DNA from: Octopus sinensis
Lineage: Eukaryota
Length of the DNA: 64,000 nucleotides
Reading direction: 5' to 3'
Assembly: GCF_006345805.1 (NCBI RefSeq)
Contig: NC_042997.1
Span: forward strand, 30,194,001-30,258,000
Shown here: piece after piece, positions 63,679-64,000 of the stretch
Numbering within the stretch: the stretch's first letter is position 1
Layout: each line of letters opens with the position of its first letter
The notes under the pieces: model-generated
Told to the model about the DNA's origin: nothing
Seen by the model: only the letters and a program-made list of their open reading frames with translations
The model's database searches: none
Position numbers and translations under genes: made by a program

Positions 63679-64000
63679 TAGTTTTATTTTTATAGCGTGC
63701 TTTCACTTCACTACCGAGCGCAGCTCTGTGTGCCTTAGGTATGTGCTGTGATTTGTTGTGATGCTCTAATGGTTATTGTATGGAAAGTGTTCTGCGTAGG
63801 ATGTGCACAGTGCCAAGTAGTGCAATTTTCTGTATGTTATATGTGTTTGTAAGTCCTGGTGTTTTTGTTATGTATTTGTCTGAATATTTAAAAAAAAAAA
63901 TTTTTTTTTATCATGCCTATGCACCTACTATGATAGGAATTGTTTCTGTTTTCAGGTTCCACATTCTAGTTCCCTCTATTTCCAGGTCTTTGTATTTTGA
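63673..64000 (-). mobile_element. Dong-like LINE family Y 3' end, runs off the window
   Basis: Reverse complement of 46670-46994. Confidence 0.9.

Overview
Repeat-saturated, AT-rich animal genomic DNA with no recognisable intact host gene, rRNA, tRNA gene or CRISPR array. The mix of tRNA-headed SINE families, RLE-type LINEs and dense (TA)n/(TACA)n/(GATA)n/(AAT)n microsatellites resembles an octopus genome; this is inferred from repeat style, not proven. Contents: (1) at least four tRNA-derived SINE families, several with clean target-site duplications (TSDs); (2) many fragments of R4/Dong-like non-LTR retrotransposons (RT, CCHC knuckle, PD-(D/E)xK-type endonuclease), most bounded by (AAT)n arrays and stacked in them; (3) Penelope-like element (PLE) debris, including an RT-thumb/GIY-YIG fragment and several pseudo-LTRs (pLTRs), typically in (TA)n and often with inverted ends; (4) DNA transposon relics (two Tc1/IS630-type with long inverted repeats, a mariner deletion derivative with perfect TIRs, a pogo/Tigger-like MITE, a Chapaev3-like transposase); (5) a CR1/L2-type 3' fragment. 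The most notable signal is eight type I hammerhead-ribozyme-like motifs read by eye from about five repeat families. Two canonical ones lie in a 581-bp-period direct repeat (15668-16665, minus strand) with the architecture of a retrozyme or tandem pLTR that could release a 581-nt unit RNA. Most ORFs in the supplied track are microsatellite read-throughs. All folds and alignments were done manually, and coordinates of diverged elements are approximate.
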